DNA from: Candidatus Magasanikbacteria bacterium CG10_big_fil_rev_8_21_14_0_10_47_10
Lineage (GTDB): Bacteria > Patescibacteriota > Patescibacteriia > Magasanikbacterales > UBA922
Assembly: GCA_002773135.1 (NCBI GenBank)
Contig: PFCB01000023.1
Coordinates: forward strand, 1,018 to 65,017
Length of the DNA stretch: 64,000 nucleotides
Direction of reading: 5' to 3'
The translations under genes were made by a program, and so were the position numbers. The notes under the pieces were generated by a model that saw only the letters and a list, made by a program, of their open reading frames with translations, was not told the origin of the DNA and made no database searches. Shown here piece by piece: positions 9,880 through 19,558 of the stretch. Numbering within the stretch: position 1 is the first letter of the stretch; each line of letters opens with the position of its first letter.

Positions 9880-9908
9880 AATGTAACACGCCCCCGTCTT
9901 ATTGTCAA
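9880..9908 (-). promoter_or_regulatory. sigma70 promoter
   Basis: TTGACA-17 nt-TACATT with TGn. Confidence 0.6.
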
Positions 9909-9966
9909 GACACGGGCGCGCGTAAAATTCTGGACGATCATGCCTTGTGATGATAGAGTTATATAT

Positions 9967-10575
9967 ATGATAAAAGCCCTCTTGTTTGACGCGGATGGAG
10001 TCATTGTCCGCTCTGAAATGTTCAGCCATCAATACACAAAAAAGTTTGGCATTCCCACAGACGCCATGACTCCTTTTTTTAAAGGAATTTTTCAATCCTG
10101 TCTTATTGGCGAGACCAACCTTAAAGAAGTAGTCGAACCGTATTTACAAAAATGGAAATGGCATGGAACAGTTGATGAATTTCTGAACTTTTGGTTTGAA
10201 TCGGAACATGTGATTGATCAGCAGGTGGTTGCTGCAATAAAAACATTAAAAAATAATGGTGTCCGTTGCTTTTTGACCACGAACCAAGAGCAATACCGAA
10301 CAGATTACATGCGACATACCATGGGTTTTGGTGAATTGTTTGACGGTATTTTTTCTTCTGCCGAAGTTCGCAATAAAAAACCCGAACCGGATTACTACGA
10401 ATTTGTAATCCAAGTCTTGCAAGCGCAACACGGCATTGAAAAAAATGCTATCATATATATCGATCACACGGTACCCAATATAGAGGGGGCCACGGCTGTG
10501 GGAATAAAAAGCTATCTCTATACAGAATTTGATGCATTCAAGCAATACCTTTCTGAGCAACACCTGCACGTATGA
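9967..10575 (+). CDS. HAD-superfamily phosphatase
   Basis: FDADGV, TTN, KKPEP motifs. Confidence 0.9.
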   Translation: MIKALLFDADGVIVRSEMFSHQYTKKFGIPTDAMTPFFKGIFQSCLIGETNLKEVVEPYLQKWKWHGTVDEFLNFWFESEHVIDQQVVAAIKTLKNNGVRCFLTTNQEQYRTDYMRHTMGFGELFDGIFSSAEVRNKKPEPDYYEFVIQVLQAQHGIEKNAIIYIDHTVPNIEGATAVGIKSYLYTEFDAFKQYLSEQHLHV

Positions 10576-10979
10576 CTGACACATTTGAACACGGAGCGCT
10601 CAAGCTCCAAAAACGAAAACCGATAATTTTTGCAGCACATTCAAAAGCAAGTTTTTATTTTCGGGCGCATATTTCCAAATTCATCTTGGAACAAGGCGGC
10701 GTGCCAATCAATCCGTTCATGAGCTTTGACTACTTTCTGACGGACAGTATTGATCGAGATATTGTACGCGAAGCCAATAATAACCTAGTTCGAATATCAG
10801 AAGAATTGTGGGTCTTTGGGCCAATTGCAGATGGCGTGCTTGCCGAGATTCAGCAGGCAAAAAAACAAGAAAAATCAATCAGATACTTCAATATCGTAAA
10901 ATCGCGTGATATTGTGGAAACATCTTCTTCCGATGCAATAATGGAAGAAGGATTGGAGCAGTATCGTGGGCAGTTGTAG
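10572..10979 (+). CDS. Nucleoside 2-deoxyribosyltransferase-like (DUF4406-like) protein
   Basis: PINPF and SEELWVFGPIADGVLAEIQQA pattern; ATGA overlap with HAD gene. Confidence 0.6.
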   Translation: MTDTFEHGALKLQKRKPIIFAAHSKASFYFRAHISKFILEQGGVPINPFMSFDYFLTDSIDRDIVREANNNLVRISEELWVFGPIADGVLAEIQQAKKQEKSIRYFNIVKSRDIVETSSSDAIMEEGLEQYRGQL

Positions 10980-11010
10980 ACCTGATAACACACTTTCTTA
11001 TCTCAAATGT

Positions 11011-11565
11011 ATGCCACTTCCACCAAACGCAAAAAAGGTTTTCACCGGAGAAATTTTTGATGTCTACCAATGGGAACAAGAATTGTATGACGGATCAACC
11101 GCCACGTTTGAGATGCTCAAACGCCCCGGCACAGTGGATGTAATTGCGGAAAAAAACGGCGAATTTGTTATTCTGCACCAAGACCAGCCGACAAAGGAAA
11201 ACTTTTACTCTCTGCCGGGCGGCCGGCAGGATCCCGGTGAGACGGCGGAGCAGGCGGCAAAGCGCGAGCTGATGGAAGAGACCGGTCTGATCTCGGACAA
11301 CTGGGAGCTCTACAAGGAATGGCAGCCCTACAACAAAGTTGACTGGACCATTTCTTACTTTATCGCAAAAAATTGTGCCCAAACCGACGCGGCCAACCAT
11401 GACGCGGGTGAAAAAATTCGCGTGGAATGGCACGATTTTGATGGATTTATTGAACGAGTGCTTGGCGAGCGGTATTGCGGCCATGAATTTGTTGAGGATG
11501 TGCTGCGAATGAAGCTGGAGCCAAAAAAATTGGAAGCGTTTAAGAATAAGTTACTGACAACCTAA
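11011..11565 (+). CDS. NUDIX hydrolase
   Basis: PGGRQDPGETAEQAAKRELMEETG. Confidence 0.9.
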   Translation: MPLPPNAKKVFTGEIFDVYQWEQELYDGSTATFEMLKRPGTVDVIAEKNGEFVILHQDQPTKENFYSLPGGRQDPGETAEQAAKRELMEETGLISDNWELYKEWQPYNKVDWTISYFIAKNCAQTDAANHDAGEKIRVEWHDFDGFIERVLGERYCGHEFVEDVLRMKLEPKKLEAFKNKLLTT

Positions 11566-11567
11566 CT

Positions 11568-11613
11568 GTCATTGCCGCGCCCCATTCGACTCGCTGCGTG
11601 TTCTCGCAATGAC
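11568..11613. repeat. REP-like inverted repeat remnant
   Basis: GTCATTGC ... GCAATGAC filling the intergenic gap. Confidence 0.45.
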
Positions 11614-11620
11614 GGACACT

Positions 11621-12730
11621 ATGTATCAGAACCGCATAAAAAAACTTCGCGAAATCCTGGATGAAAAAAATACGCAGGCAATTCTTGTCACCAATGCCAC
11701 GAATATTTTTTATTTAACAGGTTTTATTGGGATCTCCCCCACTGACCGTGAGTCCGCGTTGCTTGTGACAAATGAAATCGCCTATTTATTTGTGCCAAAG
11801 ATGTATGAGCAAAAAGCGCGGAACCTGGCGCTTGAAACGTCCGGCGTCAAACGTATTGTAGATCATGAGCGGCATAGTCTTCTTACGCATTTTTGCGAAT
11901 TTGTGGACAACGCGAAACCGGTTCTGTGCGAGGCTTTGGATCTGACGATATCGGAATATAAAAATATCGAGGAAAAAACGAAGATTACTTTGCTGCCCGA
12001 AAGTGGTGCGATAGAACGGCTGCGGCTCACCAAAGACGCTGACGAAATTGAAGCGCTCGCACAGGCTGTCACTATCACAGAGAGAATTTTTGAGGACGTT
12101 GTGGAAGTACTGCGGCGCGTTGACGATATTTCCGAGTTATCCGAACTGGATATAGTGGATAGCATGCGCGCGCTTGGCCGCCACTATGGCGCGGATGGCT
12201 TTGGGTTTGACCCAATTGTGGCGCTTGGTGCCAACGCGGCAGAGCCGCACTATGTCAGTGGAAACGCACAACTAAAAACAAAAAACTGCCTCCTTCTTGA
12301 TTTTGGTTTTGCGTACAATGGATATTCCGCTGATCTGACGCGCACCATTTTCCTTGGACGCGCGGACGACGAATTCAAACGCGTCTACGAGCTCGTTCAA
12401 AGAGCAAATGAACAGTGTATTGCCGCGGCAATGCCGGGAGTTTCAACCAAAGACCTCCACCGGCTATCGGTCGATATATTCTCAAAGGAAGGGCTGTCCA
12501 AACACTACCTGCACAGTTTGGGGCACGGCCTGGGCCTCAATGTACACGAAACGCCGAGCGTTGGCCCGGGCCAAGACAGCATTCTTGAAAGTGGGATGGT
12601 CATTACTATTGAACCGGGACTGTATTTTGCTAAAAAATTTGGCGTCCGGATAGAAGATGACATTCTCATCACCGACACGGGCAACACACCGCTCACCCGG
12701 TCAAATAGGAATCTGGTCGAGATAGTGTAA
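11621..12730 (+). CDS. Xaa-Pro aminopeptidase (M24)
   Basis: DFG..Y.ADLTRT, HSLGHGLGLNVHE, TIEPGLY, GVRIEDD. Confidence 0.93.
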   Translation: MYQNRIKKLREILDEKNTQAILVTNATNIFYLTGFIGISPTDRESALLVTNEIAYLFVPKMYEQKARNLALETSGVKRIVDHERHSLLTHFCEFVDNAKPVLCEALDLTISEYKNIEEKTKITLLPESGAIERLRLTKDADEIEALAQAVTITERIFEDVVEVLRRVDDISELSELDIVDSMRALGRHYGADGFGFDPIVALGANAAEPHYVSGNAQLKTKNCLLLDFGFAYNGYSADLTRTIFLGRADDEFKRVYELVQRANEQCIAAAMPGVSTKDLHRLSVDIFSKEGLSKHYLHSLGHGLGLNVHETPSVGPGQDSILESGMVITIEPGLYFAKKFGVRIEDDILITDTGNTPLTRSNRNLVEIV

Positions 12731-12837
12731 AGATGATATACTGGCAACACCGGGATGCTTCACCCGGACACGCGCCATGATTCAAGATGAGGCACTGATA
12801 CAGTATCTTATCATCTACTTATTTAAATAGTCTCTCT

Positions 12838-13260
12838 ATGATAGAGGTCAACTATGTCGCGATTCTGGTCGCGGCCGTGGCAAGTTTCGTTGTCGGCTGG
12901 ATCTGGTACGGGCCGCTCTTTGGAAAGCCCTGGATGAAAATGATGGGCATGACCGAAAAGGATAAAGAAGCCGGAAAAAAGAAAATGGGACAAAGTATGG
13001 CTCTTGGGTTTGCCGCGCAACTTGTGATGGCCTATGTGATTGCGCATTTCATTGGTGGGTGGTCTCAATCCGCGCCTGAAATTCCGGCGATGAAGATTGC
13101 GCTTCAAACAGCATTCTGGCTTTGGCTCGGTCTGGTTGCAACCATACAGCTTGGTGCCGTGTTGTGGGAAAACAAATCGTGGAACTTGTACCTCCTCAAT
13201 GCCATCCACTGGTTGGTGGCACTCCTTGTCATGGCATCCACCCTTGTCTGGCTATCCTGA
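12838..13260 (+). CDS. DUF1761-type membrane protein
   Basis: VNYVAILVA...GWIWYGPLFGKPWM, four TM helices. Confidence 0.85.
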   Translation: MIEVNYVAILVAAVASFVVGWIWYGPLFGKPWMKMMGMTEKDKEAGKKKMGQSMALGFAAQLVMAYVIAHFIGGWSQSAPEIPAMKIALQTAFWLWLGLVATIQLGAVLWENKSWNLYLLNAIHWLVALLVMASTLVWLS

Positions 13261-13344
13261 TTTTTTACCGCATCTCTAAAACGACCTCGTTGACCACGGG
13301 GTCGTTTTCTTTTATACTTTGGCTGAATGGTAACCATTCTCATT

Positions 13345-13821
13345 ATGAAAAAAGACAGCTATTTAATTGCCGATTACATGCAATCAAACGTCACACGGGT
13401 CAGCCCGGAGACTACAGTAAAAGAGGTCACTGAAATCATGCTCAAACGGAAAACAAACGGCGTGGTTGTCATTGACTCCATGGACGCGGTGGTCGGAATT
13501 CTCTCAAGCTGGGATATTATTAAACACATTGTTCCCGATTACTTGGAACAAGATAAACACCTGGCGCCATTTGAAGCGGCCCACGTCTTCGCGGACAGAA
13601 TCAAAGAAGTAGCGAATGACCCTGTCAGTAAATTCATGACAAAAGACGTACACACGGCAAAAAAAGATGATAGCCTCATGAAAGCAATCACGCTTTTGTC
13701 CGAATTTCATATCCGGCAGTTGCCAATTGTCGACAACGACAACAAACTCATCGGATATATAAACCGCACAGACGTCAAACGCGCAGCAGGCGACGTTCTT
13801 CGTCTCAACTATTCAGATTAA
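13345..13821 (+). CDS. CBS-domain pair protein
   Basis: Two CBS repeats (VVGILSSWDI; LPIVD..LIGYINRTDV). Confidence 0.88.
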   Translation: MKKDSYLIADYMQSNVTRVSPETTVKEVTEIMLKRKTNGVVVIDSMDAVVGILSSWDIIKHIVPDYLEQDKHLAPFEAAHVFADRIKEVANDPVSKFMTKDVHTAKKDDSLMKAITLLSEFHIRQLPIVDNDNKLIGYINRTDVKRAAGDVLRLNYSD

Positions 13822-13836
13822 CTTTTTGAACGAGGT

Positions 13837-15108
13837 ATGCCCCTCTTTTTTTATAGTACGATCGCTGTCTTTGTTCTCACATACGCGATTATTATTTCAG
13901 AAAAATTTCATAGAACCGTGGTTGCCCTTGCCGGCGCTATTTTGATGATTTTACTTGGAATCATCAGTCAAGAACAGGCTATTGAAGGAATCGATTTTAA
14001 TACGCTTGGGCTGTTAATCGGCATGATGATTGTGGTGGGAATCGCGCGGCAATCCGGCATGTTTCAAGCCGTCGCCCTATACCTGGCACAAAAAGCAAAA
14101 GGCCGTCCAATTCCAATTTTCATCCTGCTTGGCCTCACAGTGGCAATTTTTTCAGCTCTTTTGGACAATGTTACAACCGTACTGCTCATGGTACCCGTGA
14201 CATTTGTCATAGCGAATAATTTAAAAATATCGCCCTATCCGTTTCTTATCTCTGCAATCCTCATGTCAAATGTTGGCGGTATGGCAACACTGATTGGTGA
14301 TCCGCCAAATATCATGATCGGAAGCGCTGCGAACCTTACATTCAACGATTTTCTGATCAATCTGGCTCCCATATCAATCATCATAATGGTCGTCACCATG
14401 GGCGGCTTGTACCTATGGTACAAACGCGAACTTGTGACCACAAAAGAAGCGCAAGCCGCCATTATGAAATTCAATCCAAAGGACGCGCTGACAGATATGC
14501 CGCTCTTACGTCACTCGCTTATTGTGTTGGCAATAGTGCTCTTGGGATTTATCATGCACGGAAGCACGGGACTGGAAGGCGCGACAATCGCGCTTGGGGG
14601 CGCAGCCTTGCTCTTACTCTTATCCCTGCATGATCCGCACGACCACTTGCGTGAAATTGAATGGACGACTATTTTTTTCTTCATTGGGTTGTTTGTGCTG
14701 GTAACAGGACTTGAGCACAGCGGGGCTATTCGGATGCTGGCCGAACAATTATTGGTTGCCACAGCCGGCAGCCCGACTGCCATGACACTGACCATATTGT
14801 GGGGATCAGCGATATTGTCCGCGATTGTGGATAATATCCCGTTTGTGGCAACCATGATTCCACTTATCCATGATATCGGTTCGCTTTCGGGTATTGCCCT
14901 TGCCCCACTGTGGTGGGCGCTTGCCATTGGCGCGGATATCGGTGGCAATGCCACGTTAATCGGCGCATCGGCAAACGTAGTCGTAGGCGGCATGGCGGAA
15001 AAAGAAGGCACTAAAATTGGATTCTTCTCGTACATGAAAGTAGCCCTTCCAATGACGCTTGTCGCACTCATTATTTCCAGCGTTTATATGTGGGTCCGAT
15101 ATCTTTAA
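13837..15108 (+). CDS. ArsB/NhaD-family ion transporter
   Basis: SALLDNVTTV, ATLIGDPPNIMIG, SAIVDNIPF, GGNATLIGASAN. Confidence 0.92.
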   Translation: MPLFFYSTIAVFVLTYAIIISEKFHRTVVALAGAILMILLGIISQEQAIEGIDFNTLGLLIGMMIVVGIARQSGMFQAVALYLAQKAKGRPIPIFILLGLTVAIFSALLDNVTTVLLMVPVTFVIANNLKISPYPFLISAILMSNVGGMATLIGDPPNIMIGSAANLTFNDFLINLAPISIIIMVVTMGGLYLWYKRELVTTKEAQAAIMKFNPKDALTDMPLLRHSLIVLAIVLLGFIMHGSTGLEGATIALGGAALLLLLSLHDPHDHLREIEWTTIFFFIGLFVLVTGLEHSGAIRMLAEQLLVATAGSPTAMTLTILWGSAILSAIVDNIPFVATMIPLIHDIGSLSGIALAPLWWALAIGADIGGNATLIGASANVVVGGMAEKEGTKIGFFSYMKVALPMTLVALIISSVYMWVRYL

Positions 15109-15112
15109 ATCT

Positions 15113-15940
15113 ATGACTGTTTCCGACACCCTCTCTCTTGCCATCAATGCCGCCCGAGCCGCGGGAACAGAGATACTCAAAATCTACAATTCAAATTATG
15201 ACGCATGGGAAAAGGAGGGAAACGCACCAGTGACAGATGCTGACATCGCGTCTGAAAAGATTATTTTGGATACGTTGCGCGCATCAGCGTATAGCGTTCT
15301 ATCCGAAGAGACGGATGATGACCTTGCCCGTCTTTCTGAAAAAACTATCTGGGTAGTCGACCCGCTTGACGGGACGCAAGATTTTTTAAATAAAACCGGA
15401 GAATTTTCCGTCCTTATTGGGCTGGTACAGAATGAACACCCCACTCTTGGCGTCATCTATCAACCGACTGCTGACAAACTGTATTTTGGAGAAAAGGGAA
15501 AGGGATCCTATGTTCAGACAAACGGGGGCGATCCAAAGCGCATACATGTGTCAGACACAAAAAAATTAGCGTCATTCCAAGCAGTGATGTCCGGATTTCA
15601 TTCCAATCCGCTCCACCTTGCTCTGGCCACAGGTCTTGGAATCGCGCACACAACACGCATGGGAAGTGCCGGCTTGAAAGCTGCGACGGTCGCCGAAGGC
15701 CAACATGATATTTATTTTCATACCAGTCATCACACCTGTGAATGGGACACCTGTGCCGGTGACATACTTCTCGCGGAAGCCGGTGGCACTATGACAGATT
15801 TGCTCGGCCAACCCCTTCTGTACAACCAAACCGATGTTAACAGAAGACATGGTATCCTGGCATCAAATGGAGTCATCCATGAGCAGCTCGTCGAGAAAAT
15901 TCAGGATTATTTGCTGCGAGAACACAGCTCGAACACATAA
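15113..15940 (+). CDS. cysQ: 3'(2'),5'-bisphosphate nucleotidase / inositol monophosphatase family
   Basis: PVTDAD, SEE, WVVDPLDGT, EWDTCAG. Confidence 0.85.
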   Translation: MTVSDTLSLAINAARAAGTEILKIYNSNYDAWEKEGNAPVTDADIASEKIILDTLRASAYSVLSEETDDDLARLSEKTIWVVDPLDGTQDFLNKTGEFSVLIGLVQNEHPTLGVIYQPTADKLYFGEKGKGSYVQTNGGDPKRIHVSDTKKLASFQAVMSGFHSNPLHLALATGLGIAHTTRMGSAGLKAATVAEGQHDIYFHTSHHTCEWDTCAGDILLAEAGGTMTDLLGQPLLYNQTDVNRRHGILASNGVIHEQLVEKIQDYLLREHSSNT

Positions 15941-16002
15941 TATATCCACGATTGTGAGCCACCACCGAGCGTGCTATACTGACAGCACGTATTTTTTTTC
16001 AT

Positions 16003-16875
16003 ATGCCACGACCCGAAGAACTTTCAACACAAATTTTTTTGGACAGCGGGGATCCGGAAGACACAAAAAAAGCACTGGCGCTTTTGGGTTTTTTGGACGG
16101 CCAAACAACCAACCCAAGCCTGGTAGCGAAAAACCCCGCTCTTCAAGAAAAAATCGCTTCCGGTGTCGTGCTGAATGCCCGGGAGGTAGACGACTTTTAC
16201 AAAGGCGTCGTCCAAGAAATCTCCAGTCGTATTCCAAACGGATCAGTTTCTGTGGAAGTCTTCGCTGACGCTGATACAGACGTGAATACAATGCTAACTC
16301 AGGCACGCGAGATGTTTGCATGGATTCCAAACGCGCATATCAAATTCCCCACAACGCGAGCCGGACTTGAGGCGGCAAACATTTTTGTGAAGGAAAACGG
16401 CCGCGTAAACATGACCCTTGTATTTTCACAAGAGCAATGCGCTGCCGTGTACGCTGCAACCGCGGGCGCGCACAGGGGCGACGTATTTGTGTCTCCGTTT
16501 GTGGGACGGTTGGATGATACTGGTGTTGATGGCATGAGCCTCATAGAAAACGCGCGTACCATGTACGCGTCCGGAGATGGGCATGTGCAGGTTCTTGTGG
16601 CCAGCGTGAGAAATATGGACCACTTTCTGTACTCGCTGCATTTGAAGGCGGATATCATCACCTGTCCAATGGGCATATTGGAAGAATGGGCGTCCACGGG
16701 GATGCCTCTTCCTCCGGCCGACTATGCGTATCCGGACGATGGGCGCACACCGATCCCCTTTGCCAACAGCAGTCTCACGGCGGACTGGCGTCTTATGAAT
16801 ATTACCCACGAATTAACCGACGCAGGCATTGAACGATTCGCGTCAGACTGGAACAAACTTATCGGCAATCACTAA
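16003..16875 (+). CDS. tal: Transaldolase
   Basis: IFLDS, GQTTNPSL, IKFP Schiff-base Lys, NMTLVFS, SPFVGRLDD. Confidence 0.9.
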   Translation: MPRPEELSTQIFLDSGDPEDTKKALALLGFLDGQTTNPSLVAKNPALQEKIASGVVLNAREVDDFYKGVVQEISSRIPNGSVSVEVFADADTDVNTMLTQAREMFAWIPNAHIKFPTTRAGLEAANIFVKENGRVNMTLVFSQEQCAAVYAATAGAHRGDVFVSPFVGRLDDTGVDGMSLIENARTMYASGDGHVQVLVASVRNMDHFLYSLHLKADIITCPMGILEEWASTGMPLPPADYAYPDDGRTPIPFANSSLTADWRLMNITHELTDAGIERFASDWNKLIGNH

Positions 16876-16890
16876 AATGCTCACCATACT

Positions 16891-17145
16891 ATGAAACACG
16901 TAACCCTCTATTCAACCCCAACCTGCCCATACTGTGCTCGGGCAAAACAATTGCTCACCTCATTGAACGTGCCATATGAAGAGATCGACCTGGCATCAAA
17001 TGACACGCTCCGTGAGGAACTGAGTCTCAAATATAACTGGCAGACCGTTCCCATGATTGTCATAGGTGATGAGTTCATTGGCGGGTTCGACGATTTGGCA
17101 GCATTGCACGCGGACGGAAATCTCATGAAAAAACTGGAAGCATAA
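16891..17145 (+). CDS. Glutaredoxin
   Basis: CPYC, TVP, IGGFDDL. Confidence 0.93.
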   Translation: MKHVTLYSTPTCPYCARAKQLLTSLNVPYEEIDLASNDTLREELSLKYNWQTVPMIVIGDEFIGGFDDLAALHADGNLMKKLEA

Positions 17146-17171
17146 TTTACAATTCACTATTCATATGTACT

Positions 17172-18140
17172 ATGATGCAGGATGCCATTGAGGGATTTGC
17201 AAAACAATTTTTGTATAAGCCGGTCATTCAAAATAAAGAAAAATTAAAAAAGAAAAAAAGGGTTATTGTTCTTGGAATGGGAGGCTCTCACTTGGCAGCA
17301 GACCTCGCCCTTGCGTACGATCCCTCCCTTCCCCTTACCGTCCATACGGACTATGGTCTCCCAGCCATGCCAGCGCAGGATCTGCGTGACACGCTTGTCA
17401 TTGCCAGTTCGTATTCCGGGAATACAGAAGAAATCATTGAAGGTTTTCAATTGGCGCTCAAACAAAAGTTGGCGGTCGCTGCAATTACCGTAGGCGGAAA
17501 ACTGCTTGATAGCGCAAAACAACAAAAGATCCCCTATGTGCAAATGCCGGATACGGGAATCCAGCCGCGCTCAGCGCTTGGATTTAATCTGCTCGGCATA
17601 CTGGCGATCATGGGGGAATCAGCGGCTATGAAACAGGCCGCCGCGGTCGCGAGGAGTCTGAAACCGAAAATGATTGAACCAAAAGGCGCCGCGCTCGCCC
17701 GAAAATTGAAAGATCACGTTCCGGTGATATACAGCTCTGCAAGAAATCAATCCATCGCATATAATTGGAAAATAAAATTCAACGAAACAGGAAAAATCCC
17801 CGGTTTTTACAATGTATTTTCAGAACTCAACCACAACGAAATGACCGGTTTTGACGTCCAGCCGAAAAGCCGACATCTCAGCAGACCATTCCACTTTATC
17901 TTTTTGAAGGACAAAAAGGACCACCCAAAGATTCAAAAACGCATGGATGTCATGAAAAAACTCTATGAAAAGCGCGGCCTGCCAGTAACCGCCCTGGAAC
18001 TGATCGGCACAAATCCATTTACAAAAATATTCACCTCTCTGGTACTGGCAGACTGGACCGCATTGCATACCGCTTCCCTCTACGGACTTGAGCCGGAACA
18101 GGTGCCAATGGTAGTGGAGTTTAAAAAGCTCATTGCCTGA
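17172..18140 (+). CDS. Bifunctional phosphoglucose/phosphomannose isomerase (SIS)
   Basis: GMGGS, SSYSGNTEE, QPRSA, NETGK, ELNHNE. Confidence 0.9.
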   Translation: MMQDAIEGFAKQFLYKPVIQNKEKLKKKKRVIVLGMGGSHLAADLALAYDPSLPLTVHTDYGLPAMPAQDLRDTLVIASSYSGNTEEIIEGFQLALKQKLAVAAITVGGKLLDSAKQQKIPYVQMPDTGIQPRSALGFNLLGILAIMGESAAMKQAAAVARSLKPKMIEPKGAALARKLKDHVPVIYSSARNQSIAYNWKIKFNETGKIPGFYNVFSELNHNEMTGFDVQPKSRHLSRPFHFIFLKDKKDHPKIQKRMDVMKKLYEKRGLPVTALELIGTNPFTKIFTSLVLADWTALHTASLYGLEPEQVPMVVEFKKLIA

Positions 18141-18142
18141 GT

Positions 18143-19549
18143 ATGAAGAAAGATCTCTCACAATTTGGCATAGTCGGTTTGGGCACCATGGGATCCGCGC
18201 TGGCACGAAATATTGAAAGTCGCGGCCTGCGCGTCTCAGTGTACAATCGGCACGCCGATAAAACAGCGGCGTTTCTGAAATCATACCCAGACAGCGGCTT
18301 TACCGGATCCAAAAGCCTGCGGACTTTTGCCCTGAGCCTGGCAACACCACGAAAAATTATGCTAATGGTTGATGCCGGACCCGCGGTCGACGCTGTTATT
18401 GCGTCGCTTCTCCCACATCTACAAAAAGGAGATATTATTGTGGACGGGGGTAATTCCCACTATAGAGACACACAGCGCAGAGAAAAAGCGCTCAGTGAAA
18501 AAAGTATATTTTTCATAGGTTGCGGCGTATCGGGAGGAGAAGAAGGCGCGCTCAAGGGACCGAGTTTAATGCCCGGTGGAAACGCCGCTGCCTACAAAAA
18601 AGTCGCGCCCGTCTTCAAAGCAATCGCCGCGAAAGACTTTTCCGGGGAACCGTGCGTCACGCGTGTTGGCGCCAATGGCGCCGGGCACTATGTAAAAATG
18701 GTGCACAACGGCATTGAATACGGCATCATGCAGCTGCTTGCGGAAACGTATCACCTTCTCTCAACGGTTTACGGGATGCCGCCGCCTCGAATTGCGCAAA
18801 TGTTTGCGTCGTGGAATCGGGGGAAGCATCATTCGTACTTGTTTGAAATTGTTCAACACGTCCTGCTAGCACAAGACGATACAAAAAAAGGATACCTGAT
18901 CAACGCTATTTCTGACGTAGCGGCAGCAAAAGGAACCGGCATGTGGGCGTCTCTTGACGCGCTGGATCGCGGCGTCCCCGTTCCTACCATTACCGAAGCC
19001 GTGTACGCCCGCTACATTTCCGCGGACAAAACCCGCCGAGCCGTCCTGCAAAAAAAATACTCTCATTCCTACCGGCGAAACGGCCTCCCAAACAATCCCG
19101 CCGATCTTATTGGGGACGCGCTGTATGCCGCGATTATTTCTACGTTTGCACAAGGGTACGATTTAATCGCTCGGGCGGCACAAGAAGAAAAATGGCAGAT
19201 CAACCTTGCTGAGATCTCGCGCATTTGGGAAGGCGGCTGCATTATCCGAGCAAAATTGCTCAAAACATTCCACGCGGCATTTGCCGCCTCTCCGCATGCC
19301 CACCTTTTTGAAACCAAACAAGTTCAATCTCTTGTACAACGCCATGCGCCAAAACTTGCGCTATTTGTCTCCGGAGCAAACAGTAGCGGCATACCGCTTC
19401 CGGCGTTTTCGTCAAGCCTGTATTACTATGAATCCATCAGAGAGCACCGGCTGCCATCAAACCTGATACAAGGACTGCGGGATTATTTTGGCGCCCACGG
19501 TTTTGAGAGAACAGACCGGTCCGGAACGTTTCACGCGGATTGGAAATAA
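18143..19549 (+). CDS. gnd: 6-phosphogluconate dehydrogenase (decarboxylating)
   Basis: GLGTMG, VSGGEEGA, GHYVKMVHNGIEYG, RDYFGAH. Confidence 0.97.
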   Translation: MKKDLSQFGIVGLGTMGSALARNIESRGLRVSVYNRHADKTAAFLKSYPDSGFTGSKSLRTFALSLATPRKIMLMVDAGPAVDAVIASLLPHLQKGDIIVDGGNSHYRDTQRREKALSEKSIFFIGCGVSGGEEGALKGPSLMPGGNAAAYKKVAPVFKAIAAKDFSGEPCVTRVGANGAGHYVKMVHNGIEYGIMQLLAETYHLLSTVYGMPPPRIAQMFASWNRGKHHSYLFEIVQHVLLAQDDTKKGYLINAISDVAAAKGTGMWASLDALDRGVPVPTITEAVYARYISADKTRRAVLQKKYSHSYRRNGLPNNPADLIGDALYAAIISTFAQGYDLIARAAQEEKWQINLAEISRIWEGGCIIRAKLLKTFHAAFAASPHAHLFETKQVQSLVQRHAPKLALFVSGANSSGIPLPAFSSSLYYYESIREHRLPSNLIQGLRDYFGAHGFERTDRSGTFHADWK

Positions 19550-19558
19550 TCAAACCAT

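Noticed and set aside
9428-9886. 152-aa + strand ORF
   Set aside because: Antisense to the SD- and promoter-bearing - strand ORF; no motifs
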